Positions 10,011-21,140 are shown, counted from the first letter of the stretch. The stretch: 64,000 bases of DNA from Candidatus Bathyarchaeota archaeon (GCA_963828195.1 CAWHDT010000008.1:128001-192000), one strand, 5' to 3'. Notes: generated from the sequence alone by a model not told the origin. Numbers and translations: made by a program.

Positions 10011-10305
10011 CAGGTAGCCGCCTTTTCAGCTCAAAAGAAGCGGCTATAATGTTATAAGGTTTTTGAGTAACATTGAAAAACTGTCGGCTTTTTATCTTCA
10101 ACAGATTCGACCAGTTTTGTGTTTCCATACAGGTTCTCCAGTCTAATCTCAAGAGTTTACTTGGAAACTCAGTTAATCTCTGGAAACAAGAGGTATGGGC
10201 AAAATAAATAGAGCGATAAAGACGTTCGAACTAGAATTTCGAGGAAGATTGAAAAATATATGGAGCTGTCATAGGTATGCTTGGCAAGTTATGATGTAAT
10301 CTTCC

Positions 10306-10527
10306 TCATATTAGAAATAAGGCAAGTCCTGCAACTCCAAGAACTATTGCAATTATTCCGTATGTTTTGTAAGTTTTTTGTTTGTAGACCCAATATCCTA
10401 AGATAATAGCCACTATACCAACTAAACCATACACCAACAATGAAACCGCCCCAAAAATAATAGCTATCCAGTAAATGGCTTTTTCATTTTTCTTCATGAA
10501 AGATGTATTGTTGTCAGCTTCACCCAT
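10306..10527 (-). CDS. Small membrane protein
   Basis: Two to three hydrophobic helices with GIVAIILG and GIIAIVLG repeats. Confidence 0.6.
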   Translation of the reverse strand: MGEADNNTSFMKKNEKAIYWIAIIFGAVSLLVYGLVGIVAIILGYWVYKQKTYKTYGIIAIVLGVAGLALFLI

Positions 10528-10707
10528 TTTATTCGCTTCCAATTAATATTTTGCCGTTCAAGTTTTTCTCATCCTTCTTTACTTCACAGTTTAATTATTT
10601 TCTCCTATACAAGCTTGTTCCCCACTGTTTACCGAGATGCAAAGAACCAAGTACATTGCTAGAAATATCTGACAAGACTTGTTCAAAGTCAGATGTTTTT
10701 CACATAG

Positions 10708-10860
10708 CTAACCCGCGAGGCTAAGAAGCACTAGAATAATACCAATTATTACGAAAGACAAACCAATAATCATATCGCATCCTCCAGGCTGATATTGCTC
10801 CTGATTTGTTTGACCTGCTTTAATTCTTGACCTATTTTCCCTACCGCATGAATTTGGCAT
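10708..10860 (-). CDS. Possible 50-aa tail-anchored peptide (MPNSCG...MIIGLSFVIIGIILVLLSLAG)
   Basis: Translated by hand; single C-terminal TM helix; co-oriented with neighbouring genes. Confidence 0.3.
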   Translation of the reverse strand: MPNSCGRENRSRIKAGQTNQEQYQPGGCDMIIGLSFVIIGIILVLLSLAG

Positions 10861-10896
10861 GAAAACCAAAATGGCCTCACGATAAAATAAGCAAGA

Positions 10897-11247
10897 TTAT
10901 TTTTTTAATTCAATTAGCATTTTTAACACCAGTTTAAGTGCAGAGTCGTAGCCATCATAGTATTCTTTGCTTTGGTCTGGGTCCGCATATGTTCGATCAA
11001 CAATTTCTTTTCCAATGCCTTCATTAGTTAGCTGAATTGAGCCTTCCTTAAGCCATATCAGAGCATCCACATACCCGTGTTCTGGGTCTGAAAGCTCATC
11101 GGTTTCGGAAGATTCAGCCTTCTGCATGATTAGTCCCTCAATCTTTTCCTTTAACTCGTTCTCAACCTTGCCCACTTCTTTTTCACCCAATCGAATACTT
11201 GTTTGTTTTAGAGTTAAATATCTGCCGTCTTGCGTATGGCGCTTCAT
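10897..11247 (-). CDS. Hypothetical acidic protein with internal repeat (GYVDAL / GYDSAL)
   Basis: ORF track; true start is probably downstream of the listed ATG. Confidence 0.5.
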   Translation of the reverse strand: MKRHTQDGRYLTLKQTSIRLGEKEVGKVENELKEKIEGLIMQKAESSETDELSDPEHGYVDALIWLKEGSIQLTNEGIGKEIVDRTYADPDQSKEYYDGYDSALKLVLKMLIELKK

Positions 11248-11697
11248 TAAGCCATAATAAAAAAACGCTTGTTATCACCTTGCTTCTTTCTGCCAGCCTC
11301 CGGCAAACTCTGCAAACCACTATGTCGGTACCGATGCAGGCACCATTATGCTTTGGGTGATTTACCCAAGCCATCTCCGTCTTCAGCTCCAGCATCGACT
11401 GCAAAATCAATTCACCGTTTTTAATTAAACCTGTTAATTTGTGTAGAGTTTCTGAAATCGGTGTTTTTTCATGGTATAGAAACTTTCAATTATCGGCTTA
11501 TTTTTGAACGTTTTTTTATTTGCAGGCTATATTCCGCTTTAAAATTGGATAAACATTGCCTGATCGATTGATTAAATCAACAAATGCGCATTATTAGCTG
11601 GCAATGTCTTTCATATGCGTATATTTTAAATATAACTTGATAATAGGTGTAGAGTTAAAAAATATCCGATTAAACAAATGTCAAGAGAGGGAGAAAG

Positions 11698-12981
11698 ATG
11701 GCAGTTGACTCAGGAAGTATAGCTTGGATAATAACCGCTACAGCGTTGGTCATGCTGATGACGCCGGCGCTGGGGTTCTTTTACGGAGGCTTGGTGCGGA
11801 AGAAAAACCTGGTTTCCACAATCGTCCAGTGCTTCGTAATATTTGCAGTTGTAAGCTTAGTCTGGGCGCTCTGGGGATACATGCTTGTGTTCGGCAACAC
11901 CGTCAACGGCTTAATCGGCTGGAGCCCAAACTTACTGGGCATGGGCAACCTTGGCATAAACACCGTTAACACCCAACTTGCACCACAAATCCCGCAGCTC
12001 CTGCAATTCGCATTCCAACTAAAGTTCGCAGCCATCACACCCGCACTGATCATTGGCGCATGCGCGGAAAGATTCCGGTTCAAGTCACTTCTTATCTTCA
12101 TGGTGCTCTGGTCCACTCTCATTTATTGCCCGATAGCCTGCTGGGTATGGAATCCAACAGGTTGGCTCAGCAAATTCGGCGCCATCGACTTTGCAGGCGG
12201 CATAGTTGTGCACATTTCTGCGGGCATTTCAGCGTTAGCAGCAGCACTTCTGGTAGGCAGAAGAAAAGGCTGCGCCGTACCATGGCAGAAAGCCATGAAA
12301 TCTCTCGATCAAAAAGATCATCCGACAGAATTCAAACCGACCAACATCCCCTATGTGCTGCTGGGCGCAGCGTTACTTTGGTTCGGCTGGTTCGGCTTCA
12401 ATGCCGGCAGCGCATTAGCCGCAAACGACTTAGCTGTCTCAGCGCTCGTAGTCACGAACTTAGCCGCAGCAGCCGCCGCCATAAGCTGGATGCTTGCAGA
12501 CTGGGTATTTAAAGGGAAACCATCAGCCGTCGGCATCGCTGCCGGCGCCGTCGTCGGATTAGTCGCAATTACCCCCGCATCAGGCTACGTCAACGTACCA
12601 TCAGCAATAATAATAGGTTTAGTAGCAGGAGTTCTCTGCAACCGGGTAGCTAACTGGAGAGCAGGCAGATCAAGAATAGACGATGCACTGGACGTGTTTG
12701 CATGCCACGGCGTCGGAGGAATCTGGGGCTCAATCGCAACAGGCCTATTCGCATCAGCAGCAATAAACGTTAGTATAAAAGGTGGCTTATTCACCGGAAA
12801 CCCAGCCCAAATGATTCCTCAATTGGTGGCAATTGGTGTAGTGGTGCCGTTTGCATTCTTCGGTTCCTACGCACTGCTTAAATTTGTGAATATATTCTCG
12901 CCGTTGCGGGTAAGCGAGGAAGCAGAAGACGCAGGCTTAGACCTGGCGGAACATGGCGAAGAAGCGTTTCAATTAGATTAG
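11698..12981 (+). CDS. amt: Ammonium transporter
   Basis: MTPALGFFYGG, DFAGGIVVHISAG, WFGWFGFNAGS, GLVAITP and DDALDVFACHG motifs. Confidence 0.97.
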   Translation: MAVDSGSIAWIITATALVMLMTPALGFFYGGLVRKKNLVSTIVQCFVIFAVVSLVWALWGYMLVFGNTVNGLIGWSPNLLGMGNLGINTVNTQLAPQIPQLLQFAFQLKFAAITPALIIGACAERFRFKSLLIFMVLWSTLIYCPIACWVWNPTGWLSKFGAIDFAGGIVVHISAGISALAAALLVGRRKGCAVPWQKAMKSLDQKDHPTEFKPTNIPYVLLGAALLWFGWFGFNAGSALAANDLAVSALVVTNLAAAAAAISWMLADWVFKGKPSAVGIAAGAVVGLVAITPASGYVNVPSAIIIGLVAGVLCNRVANWRAGRSRIDDALDVFACHGVGGIWGSIATGLFASAAINVSIKGGLFTGNPAQMIPQLVAIGVVVPFAFFGSYALLKFVNIFSPLRVSEEAEDAGLDLAEHGEEAFQLD

Positions 12982-13200
12982 AGCGCAATTAAGCCCTTTT
13001 CTTTATTTTCTTTTTTCGGCATTATTGATTTTTTGTTTAGACAAACCACCTCGATTGATGGCTCGTGAAGAGCATTTTATCCCAACGCTTATCGCACGCT
13101 GCCTTGCTCCATTATCAGACTACCTCAGACAAATCAAAAGGAAACAATTTTTTACGAAATTGCGAAAGCTTATAAGAAAAATTGAAGCCAAAGAGTCTTT

Positions 13201-14322
13201 ATGAGGAATCTGAAGAAAATCTCAGCTATCCTGATTTTACTCGTTATAATTCTTGCATTGTCAGTAACAAACGCGGTCCATGCCCTTAGAGTTGTCAACA
13301 CAATAAATTCAAACGAGTATCCATTCGACCTAGCCTATGACTCTGGAAAAGGAGAAATTTTCGTATCCAGCGAGATTGCAGGCACCGTCTCCGTCATCTC
13401 TGATAGCGGTAACTCCGTGGTTGCTAATCTGTCGTTGGGAGCCAAACCAGGATTTATAGTTTATGATTCGGGTAAAGGCGAAATTTTCGGGGTTAATAGT
13501 GATTCTGGCGCAGTCTCCATAATTTCGGATAGCGGCGATAAGGTGGTGGTCAACATGTCTTTAGGTATCCATTCGGCTGGGTTAGCTTATGACTCTGGAA
13601 AAGGTGAGATCTTCGTTACCGATTCTAATCTCGTCGTGCAGAACAGTCAGCCTGTCCCCACTTACAACGGCACGGTCTACATTATTTCGGACAGTAGCAA
13701 TTCTATTATTGCCAACCTATCTTTGGGAACCAACCCTGGAGGAATAGCTTATGATTCTGGCAAGGGCGAAATTTTTGTAGGCAATTATGAAGACACGATC
13801 TCTGTCATATCTGATAGCAGCAATGCCTTGGTTGCGACCATACCTATCGGATTTAATCCACAAGCAATAAGTTATGATTCTGGGAAAAGCGAAATCTTCG
13901 TTGTCAATGATAACCAGGGTGAGGGCAACGGCTCGGTTTCCGTCATTTCGGATACCAGCAATACCGTGGTTGCTAACGTCACCGTGGGGCCGAATCCTTC
14001 TGGATTAGCTTACGATTCCGGTAAGGGCGAGATCTTCGTGAACAACCTTTACGGCACCACAGTTTCCGTTATTTCCGACCGTAGCAACACTGTGATCGCT
14101 ACCGTCAATGTACCATACGGTCCCGCGGCGGTAGCCTACGATTCGACTAAGGGTGAAGTATTCGTAGCCGATTACCTATCTCACTCTGTCTCAATTATAT
14201 CAGATTCCTCAACCACAACTGCGGTACCTGAGGCTCTAGTTTTAGTTGTATTAGTTGTGTCAGTGACCATTTGTGCAGTCGCATTGGCACATAAAAAATT
14301 GACCCGAACCAAAATGCCCTGA
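13201..14322 (+). CDS. YncE/YVTN beta-propeller surface protein
   Basis: Seven P.GLAYDSGKGEIFV repeats; signal peptide; VPE + TM + basic tail. Confidence 0.85.
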   Translation: MRNLKKISAILILLVIILALSVTNAVHALRVVNTINSNEYPFDLAYDSGKGEIFVSSEIAGTVSVISDSGNSVVANLSLGAKPGFIVYDSGKGEIFGVNSDSGAVSIISDSGDKVVVNMSLGIHSAGLAYDSGKGEIFVTDSNLVVQNSQPVPTYNGTVYIISDSSNSIIANLSLGTNPGGIAYDSGKGEIFVGNYEDTISVISDSSNALVATIPIGFNPQAISYDSGKSEIFVVNDNQGEGNGSVSVISDTSNTVVANVTVGPNPSGLAYDSGKGEIFVNNLYGTTVSVISDRSNTVIATVNVPYGPAAVAYDSTKGEVFVADYLSHSVSIISDSSTTTAVPEALVLVVLVVSVTICAVALAHKKLTRTKMP

Positions 14323-14425
14323 GGTCTACAATAAAAGGAAAAAAAACCGAGGGAAAAACGGCAAGCGTCCCTAACGCTACCTTTTTTTATCCAAATCTGC
14401 ACTCTAACAATTCAGAGGGTTCAAA

Positions 14426-15001
14426 ATGAAGGTTATAGCTATTAATGGAAGTGCAAGAAAAGACGGCAACACCGCCTCTCTTATCCGCAGGGTTTTTCAA
14501 GTTCTTGAGAAAGAAGGAATAGAAACCGAGCTGATTCAGATGGCAGGCGAGCAGATCCACGGGTGCATGGCATGCGGAACCTGCCGAAAAATCAAAAACA
14601 AGCAATGCAAAATCGTAAACGACAACGTCAACCTCTACATAGAGAAGATGGCTGCAGCGGATGGGATAATTCTTGGTTCACCCACGTATTTCTCGATGAT
14701 GTCTCCCGAAATGAAAGCGCTTATCGACCGCTCAGGGTTCGTTGCGCGGGCAAATTCTGATTTGTTTAAGAGAAAAGTGGGCGCTGCAGTCGTGGCTGTG
14801 CGACGGGCAGGTGGAATCCCGACTTTTGACGCGATAAACCACTTCTTCCTCATCAACCAAATGATCGTCCCAGGCTCATCATACTGGAACGTCGGCATAG
14901 GCTTAAACAAGGGCGACGTAGAAAAAGACGAGGAAGGCATGCAGACCATGGATGACCTTGGACGAAACATGGCGTGGCTCCTCAAAAAACTCAGTGCTTA
15001 A
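14426..15001 (+). CDS. Iron-sulfur flavoprotein / NADPH-dependent FMN reductase family
   Basis: [18 protein letters not shown]-x6-C, GSPTY and RRAGG motifs. Confidence 0.9.
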   Translation: MKVIAINGSARKDGNTASLIRRVFQVLEKEGIETELIQMAGEQIHGCMACGTCRKIKNKQCKIVNDNVNLYIEKMAAADGIILGSPTYFSMMSPEMKALIDRSGFVARANSDLFKRKVGAAVVAVRRAGGIPTFDAINHFFLINQMIVPGSSYWNVGIGLNKGDVEKDEEGMQTMDDLGRNMAWLLKKLSA

Positions 15002-15023
15002 ACGTTAAAGGATCGACTTAAGA

Positions 15024-15650
15024 TTATGGTGAGTTTGTCCATACTGGCGTTGCGGTCCAGTTATTGGCAATGCCTGCATAGAAAATACCTATGTCAACTG
15101 TCACATTCTGTTCGCTATGCAGAGTTACAACTTGAGAACTTGTTACCTCACCTGAGCCGAAAACATTTAAACCGACTTCATAAGTTGCGTTACCCAAAGG
15201 AACCGTCAAGTCTATCAGCGATGAACCATTGGCATTGTAAGCATCAACTTGCAATCCAGCGTTATAAACTGTTTCTGGCTCTGAATTAGTTACAGACCCA
15301 TTGGTGAAAAGATATGATTCTGTTGTCGAGTCTATTTGAAGCGGGTCAAGTGTATCGCTCATTGATAAGTCAGATGTAAGATTTTCATAAAAAACTTGTG
15401 TTGTTTGACTAGTGGAATTTGCTGGTGGGCTCTTAATGTTTGAATTTTGGCTGGTCAAATTTTCTAGTTCATTGTTCAGATTGGTTATGTCGATATTAAA
15501 ATTTGATATTTGGTTGTTCAACGAAGCTATTTTGAAATTTTCACTGTTAACTACGCCGTTATAATGAAATATCGTTCCTGTAATTGCACTTACAAAGAGT
15601 ATAGCTATCAAAACTGAAATAACTATTAATTTTTTATCCAAGATGTTCAC
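15024..15650 (-). CDS. Membrane-anchored protein with coiled coil and Ig-like domain
   Basis: N-terminal TM helix, N/Q-rich heptads, C-terminal beta-rich domain. Confidence 0.6.
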   Translation of the reverse strand: MNILDKKLIVISVLIAILFVSAITGTIFHYNGVVNSENFKIASLNNQISNFNIDITNLNNELENLTSQNSNIKSPPANSTSQTTQVFYENLTSDLSMSDTLDPLQIDSTTESYLFTNGSVTNSEPETVYNAGLQVDAYNANGSSLIDLTVPLGNATYEVGLNVFGSGEVTSSQVVTLHSEQNVTVDIGIFYAGIANNWTATPVWTNSP

Positions 15651-16467
15651 CGACTTGAATAATGGGTTTTCGTTTTCTTATGTAAACCAGTAGAGCAATA
15701 ATGATAGCCAATAAGACCGCTATTACTACAACAGTCATAGTGGTTATTAGTAAAAGAGATGCGTAAGAAGCACTGCTAACGGATGCTGGAGTTGGAGTTA
15801 GCCTTGAAGTTGAGGATGATGGGGCAGGGGTAGAGCTCAAGGGAATGTTTGCAGGCACGGTTACTGTTTGTGTGGCGCTCCAACTGCTTGTTTCGCCAAC
15901 AAATGCATAAACAGTGCCGTCTGATAAAACAGCGCCAGGGGGATGAGCTAAAACATTGAAAGAAGTGTAGATGTATCCAATCATTGCTTCAACTTGAATA
16001 TCGGTTTGAGTACCAGTTGGAATCGTTATGGAACCGACTTGGTAAGTTTCCACAGGGATTGATATGTTGGTATAATCAGAATCTGCCGACGGTTGTGGAT
16101 AATAGTTAGCTGGGTTGTAAAGGTCTATCCAATCATCTGTTTCGTTGTGGGCTTTTATTTGAATGTTATAGTAGAATGAAATTTCTTTACCAACGCTTGC
16201 ATTAAAATAGGATGTAAAAGGTTGATTCTTAATTGTCACTACTGCATTACTGTATCCCATTGTGTAGCCCAGTTGAGCCGCAACCTGTCCTGAACTTTGG
16301 TTTAGATAATAAATTGTAGGTGAAGTGTAAGAAGGACCAACAAGCTCCACAGTGAATTGTGGAACAGTTGGTGTTGGTATAGACGTCTGGGCAAATGCTG
16401 GTTTAGCCATTATTAGGCTTGAAGCAGTTAATATGAGAATAAGCCCTATGGTGAAGCTTTTGTTCAT
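15634..16467 (-). CDS. Secreted hypothetical protein with C-terminal TM anchor
   Basis: Signal peptide, P.P.VPQFTV, QVEAMIG and GETSSWS.TQTV motifs; TM helix followed by RKRK. Confidence 0.7.
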   Translation of the reverse strand: MNKSFTIGLILILTASSLIMAKPAFAQTSIPTPTVPQFTVELVGPSYTSPTIYYLNQSSGQVAAQLGYTMGYSNAVVTIKNQPFTSYFNASVGKEISFYYNIQIKAHNETDDWIDLYNPANYYPQPSADSDYTNISIPVETYQVGSITIPTGTQTDIQVEAMIGYIYTSFNVLAHPPGAVLSDGTVYAFVGETSSWSATQTVTVPANIPLSSTPAPSSSTSRLTPTPASVSSASYASLLLITTMTVVVIAVLLAIIIALLVYIRKRKPIIQVGEHLG

Positions 16468-16469
16468 AC

Positions 16470-17021
16470 CTAGCCGAACCTCCTTTGTTTGTACTTTTCA
16501 AAGTAGACCAACAAACCAGCAGTTACCATTACGATAAACAACATTGGAATTGCTATTGCAGAAAACTCTGGAATGGTGGGTGTTGAAGTTGGATTTGGGG
16601 TAGGCTGTTGAGTGGGTGTTGTGGTTGGTGAGGGCAAAGTAGGCAAAGGCGTTGGGGAAAGAATGGGTATCGAATAAAGCATGGTGCTTGTTTGACCTTG
16701 AGAATCAGTTACTGTGATAACTGCCGAATCAGTGTCAGTTACAGTCACATTGCCCACCCAGTAACCATTAGCGATGACAATCGAAGAAGGAGTAATTGTA
16801 CCTCCTTGAACACTCAAAGCAGCAATACCATTAGACATGTCAAATATTCCAATTCCAAATGGGGTTCCTGCTGTTACACCATTACCCACGTCTGCACTGT
16901 AGGCAAGAACTAAAAAACTTGTAGAAGGAAAAGTACAGACTTGCGCTTGTACTGGAAAAATGGACAAAGCTAAGATAAAGGCAATGACAAGCAATGCCAA
17001 ACTCTTGCTCTTGCTACCCAT
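16470..17021 (-). CDS. Secreted protein with PT linker and PEF-CTERM-like sorting signal
   Basis: Signal peptide; Pro/Thr linker; IPEFS + TM + basic tail. Confidence 0.7.
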   Translation of the reverse strand: MGSKSKSLALLVIAFILALSIFPVQAQVCTFPSTSFLVLAYSADVGNGVTAGTPFGIGIFDMSNGIAALSVQGGTITPSSIVIANGYWVGNVTVTDTDSAVITVTDSQGQTSTMLYSIPILSPTPLPTLPSPTTTPTQQPTPNPTSTPTIPEFSAIAIPMLFIVMVTAGLLVYFEKYKQRRFG

Positions 17022-17233
17022 ACTTAGTATTAGAAAATCAGAGCCGATAAAAGGTTATTCGTAAAAGATTCTTGACTAATCCAAGTCAAAGTTTCTTGAC
17101 TACGCTTCGCAGATTTAAGATTTTTCTGTGCTTTCAAAAAGTTTGAAAACCTGCGATGAGCCCCGACAAATAGGCATCTGGGCTTAAATGCTCTATTGCC
17201 GCAATGTGTTTGTATGTTACTGCTTGGATGGTT

Positions 17234-17290
17234 TGGAAGAAGAAGAAGAAAAACGTTTTTTCGGGGCTTCTTCTTCTTTTAAAAAAAATC
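17234..17290 (-). repeat. REP-like element, partial copy (second hairpin only, inverted)
   Basis: Reverse complement ATTTTTTTTAAAAGAAGAAGAAGCCCCGAAAAAACGTTTTTCTTCTTCTTCTT matches 3830-3884. Confidence 0.7.
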
Positions 17291-17374
17291 ACGCCGCGGA
17301 ATTGAAATTTAGCTGAAATTTGCTGCGCAAGTTAGAAATAATTGTTACGCTACTGTATTATTCAGGCGAATATT

Positions 17375-17545
17375 ATGGTCGAGTACGTTAAGGGACCAGA
17401 GCCTGACAGGTGGCATTGGTACAAAAGCTGCAAGCAGTACCCTCGCGTTGTCATGCAGAAGCGTTCTTGGAGACCAAATTCTGACCTCTGCGACGAATGT
17501 CTTGAAATAGAGCGAATTGAACTACGCAAAGTAGCCGCAACATAA
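17375..17545 (+). CDS. Small putative zinc-binding protein (WH-x4-C ... CDEC)
   Basis: MVEYVKGPEPDRWHWYKSC...LCDECLEIE. Confidence 0.55.
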   Translation: MVEYVKGPEPDRWHWYKSCKQYPRVVMQKRSWRPNSDLCDECLEIERIELRKVAAT

Positions 17546-17790
17546 CGGGTTGATCCCTGAAATCGAATTGCGAGTTAATAATGAAGCTTATGCTATATGA
17601 CTTGCAATTGAGAAGTTGGCTTTCACGAAAAAAATTTACGCTTCTCTGCACATCAAAAATTATTTTCAGACCGCCAATCCATTTTTTTCTTTCATGAGCA
17701 AACTTCGCATCGGGTTCTCTATCAGTATGCTTTTATTTGTGTCGCAGAATTATCCCTTAACAAACCGACTTACGCGTTGAAGGCAAGTGT

Positions 17791-19320
17791 ATGGTTGAGC
17801 TCAGAACACAGGAACAACAATTACTCTGCGCATTGGAGTCGCTCGGCGGAAAAGCCTCAGTGGAACAGCTAGTTGACGCATGCGGTTTTCCAGACACAGC
17901 GGTTATGCGCACCGGCCTAACTCTGCAAGAAAAAAACCTCCTTACCATACATGCCGAATACCAAAACGTCATCAAAATAACCGCTGAAGGCGAGGCTTAT
18001 GCGAAAAACGGGTTACCCGAACGCAAACTCATCCACGCCGTGGCACAGCTCGGCGGAGCATCTGACCTTAAAGGGGCGGCGCAGCAAGCGGGAATCGAAG
18101 CGGCGTTCGTGCAGATTGCGCTTGGCTGGGCGATAAGAAAAAAATGGGCTCTCTACACTTCTAGCGACAACACGATACGCATAAGCGAGCCGCTGGTGCA
18201 TCAAGCGTTTATTGATGAAGGATGCGACGAAACCCTCCTCAAATACCTAAACGACAAACACCAAGCAGCTCTCGAAGAACTAAGCCCAGAGTTGAAAACG
18301 GCGGCTGAACAGCTGAAAAAACGCACGCTACTAACCATCGAGGCAAAAACCACACGCACACTCCAGATCACCCCGCAAGGCAAAACGGCAGCCGCAGAAG
18401 CCAAAGTAGCCCCCCAAGAAGTAACCCAACTTACACCTGAACTTATAATCACGGGTAAATGGCACACCTCAAAACTGCAAAAATACAACATAGAAGCACC
18501 AGTATCTAAAACGTGGCCTGGAAAAAAACATCCCTATCTGCAGTTTCTCGATGAAGTCCGCGCTAAGCTTGTGCAGCTTGGCTTCCAAGAAATGACGGGC
18601 ACAGCCGTTGAAACCAGCTTCTTTAACTTTGACGCTCTCTACGTGCCGCAGGATCATCCTGCACGGGAAGAAAGCGACATCTACTACGTCAAAGACCCCA
18701 AGTTCGGCGAGATAGGACAGCATGGTGCAGCAGTCGAGCATGTAGCGGAGACACATGAGAACGGCTGGAACACAGGCTCGTCAGGTTGGGGTTACAAGTA
18801 CTCGCTGCTGGCAGCGCAAAGGTTGATTCTGCGTGGTCACGGCACTTGCCTCAGCGCCCGAACGTTGGAGAGCAAAAACTATCAGGTTCCCAGCAGACAC
18901 TTCTCCATCGCTAGGGTTTACCGCCCCGAAATCACCGACAAAACCCACCTCTCCGAATTCAACCAGGTGGAAGGCATAATCATCGACGAAAACCTTACCC
19001 TCAAAGACCTCTTAGGCGTGTTGGGCAAGTTCGCGTTGGAGATTGCGGGAGCAGATAAAGTATGCTTCAAACCCGACTATTTCCCCTTCACGGAGCCCAG
19101 CGTGGAACTCAGCGCTTACAAGGAAGGCTACGGCTGGGTGGAATTCGGCGGCTCAGGAATCTTCCGTCCCGAAGTCACTTTGCCTCTTGGAGTGAAAGAA
19201 CCCGTTATCGCATGGGGGCTCGGTGTTGACCGCCTCTTCATGATGCGGGCTGGCGTCGAGGATATTCGGATGATTTTCAGCCAAGACCTTGATTGGCTAA
19301 GAAAGAAACAGGTGACGTAA
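17791..19320 (+). CDS. pheS: Phenylalanine--tRNA ligase alpha subunit
   Basis: FNFDALYVPQDHPARE, HLSEFNQVEG, YFPFTEPS and AWGLGVDRL motifs. Confidence 0.98.
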   Translation: MVELRTQEQQLLCALESLGGKASVEQLVDACGFPDTAVMRTGLTLQEKNLLTIHAEYQNVIKITAEGEAYAKNGLPERKLIHAVAQLGGASDLKGAAQQAGIEAAFVQIALGWAIRKKWALYTSSDNTIRISEPLVHQAFIDEGCDETLLKYLNDKHQAALEELSPELKTAAEQLKKRTLLTIEAKTTRTLQITPQGKTAAAEAKVAPQEVTQLTPELIITGKWHTSKLQKYNIEAPVSKTWPGKKHPYLQFLDEVRAKLVQLGFQEMTGTAVETSFFNFDALYVPQDHPAREESDIYYVKDPKFGEIGQHGAAVEHVAETHENGWNTGSSGWGYKYSLLAAQRLILRGHGTCLSARTLESKNYQVPSRHFSIARVYRPEITDKTHLSEFNQVEGIIIDENLTLKDLLGVLGKFALEIAGADKVCFKPDYFPFTEPSVELSAYKEGYGWVEFGGSGIFRPEVTLPLGVKEPVIAWGLGVDRLFMMRAGVEDIRMIFSQDLDWLRKKQVT

Positions 19321-21054
19321 ATGCCGACAATTGACATAGAATACCCTGAACTGGAAGAGCTGATAGGCAGAGAGACGTGCCGTAAACTGTTTGGAACTCC
19401 GCAGAACCTGCAGATTGGAGCGCTTGATAACAAGCTATCTTTAGTTAAGGCTGAAGTTAAGGGATACAACCAAGCCGAGAAAACGCTTAGTATTGAAATG
19501 AAGGATACAAGCCGAGCTGACCTTTGGAGCGCTGAGGGTTTAGCGAGGGGGCTGCGTTGCTATCTGGGTTTAGAAAAAGGCTCAAGGCAATACACAACGG
19601 GTGAACCAGCCGTCGAAGTTAACGTTGACGCAAATCTCTACGGTATCCGCCCCTTCATCGGCTGCGCTGTAGTAAAAGACGTCTGTTTAACCGATAACAT
19701 GATTCGGGACATCATGCACCTTCAAGACAAGTTGGATAAAACATACGGAAGAAACCGACAGAAAACATCAATCGGAATTTACAACTTTGACCTAATTAAG
19801 CCCCCGATAAATTATGCTGCCGTTAAGCCCGAGGCGGTCAGTTTTATTCCGCTGGGATTTACTGAAAAGATGACGTTAAACGAGGTTTTAGAGCGTCATC
19901 CAAAAGGCATAGAGTACGGCCACATAGTGAAAAAAAACTCTTTATACCCCATGCTATTTGACGGCGAAGGAAAAGTCTTGTCTTTTCCACCAATCATTAA
20001 CTCAAACGATTTAGGCAAAATCACTGAGGATTCAAGGAACCTGCTGGTTGAAGTCACAGGCACCCTGCATAAAACCGTCTCCAACACGCTGACGCTTGTA
20101 ACTTCTGCCTTGATTGACCGCGGCGGAAAAGCGTACGCGGCAAAAATCCATTACCCACAAAACTCCAGTTACCCAAAAACGGAGGTAGTGACCCCAGATT
20201 TCAGCGACAGGCACGTACCTTTAAGTGTGGAGTACACAAATAGACTTTTGGGGCTGCAGCTTTCGCCGCATCAAATTTCTGAACTCCTCTTGACTGCGGG
20301 CCTGCACGTCGGAAAAACGGAAGTTGACAGCGTAGAGGTTCATGTTCCATGTTACCGCGTGGACGTTATGCAGCAGGTTGACTTAATCGAAGACGTCGCG
20401 ATTGCTTACGGCTACAACAATATTGAACCGCTTTGGCGCGAACTAGCCACAACCGGGCGAGCAAAACCCGACCAGCGCTTAATCGACATCGCAAGGGAAC
20501 TCATGGTGGGGCTAGGCTACCAGGAAATCTTAACCTACACCTTAACCACTCCAGAGAATCTCTTTGACAAAATGAATACTCAAAAAACCAGCTGCGTGGA
20601 ACTCGCCAACCCCAAAGTAGCCACTATGACGTGCCTGCGCAATTGGCTGCTCCCGAGCCTCATGGAGTTCCTCAGCAACAACCAATCCACGGAGTTTCCA
20701 CAAAAAATATTCGAGCTGGGAAAAGTAACTCAAATTGATGATGCAAAGGAGACGAGAACTCGCGATGAAGAATGGCTCTGCGTCGCCACGACGCATCCGA
20801 ACGCAAATTTCACTGAGATAAAATCTGTCCTCGACTCATTCATGGGCAACTTTGGGGCTCAGTGGCAAATAAAACCGACCGTTCATCCGAGCTTCATCGA
20901 CGGTAGAGCGGGCGAAATTATTGTCGGCGACGCTAAAATTGGGGTGGTTGGAGAAATCAACCCTGTTGTGCTTGAGGAATGGAAACTTGAAAACCCGACC
21001 AATGCCTTCGAAATCAACCTGCAGAAAATCCTCCAAATTAAACAAAACGCATAA
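19321..21054 (+). CDS. pheT: Phenylalanine--tRNA ligase beta subunit
   Basis: RADLWSAEG, VLSFPPIINS and DLIEDVAIAYG motifs; abuts pheS. Confidence 0.98.
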   Translation: MPTIDIEYPELEELIGRETCRKLFGTPQNLQIGALDNKLSLVKAEVKGYNQAEKTLSIEMKDTSRADLWSAEGLARGLRCYLGLEKGSRQYTTGEPAVEVNVDANLYGIRPFIGCAVVKDVCLTDNMIRDIMHLQDKLDKTYGRNRQKTSIGIYNFDLIKPPINYAAVKPEAVSFIPLGFTEKMTLNEVLERHPKGIEYGHIVKKNSLYPMLFDGEGKVLSFPPIINSNDLGKITEDSRNLLVEVTGTLHKTVSNTLTLVTSALIDRGGKAYAAKIHYPQNSSYPKTEVVTPDFSDRHVPLSVEYTNRLLGLQLSPHQISELLLTAGLHVGKTEVDSVEVHVPCYRVDVMQQVDLIEDVAIAYGYNNIEPLWRELATTGRAKPDQRLIDIARELMVGLGYQEILTYTLTTPENLFDKMNTQKTSCVELANPKVATMTCLRNWLLPSLMEFLSNNQSTEFPQKIFELGKVTQIDDAKETRTRDEEWLCVATTHPNANFTEIKSVLDSFMGNFGAQWQIKPTVHPSFIDGRAGEIIVGDAKIGVVGEINPVVLEEWKLENPTNAFEINLQKILQIKQNA

Positions 21055-21140
21055 CAAGGATAATTCTCAGAAAATTTAATAATGTTATAGTTGACTCTTT
21101 ACCCATAACTTTTAAGGGACCTGAAAGAGCAAGTTTTAGT

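Noticed and set aside
11183-11410. ORF with HPKH..C...CRVC
   Set aside because: It overlaps the next ORF and has no clear start signals; support is insufficient.
13300-14200. Recurring TATGATTCTGG/GGCGAAAT DNA repeats
   Set aside because: These are coding repeats of the beta-propeller blades (also at 63310-64000), not a non-coding array.
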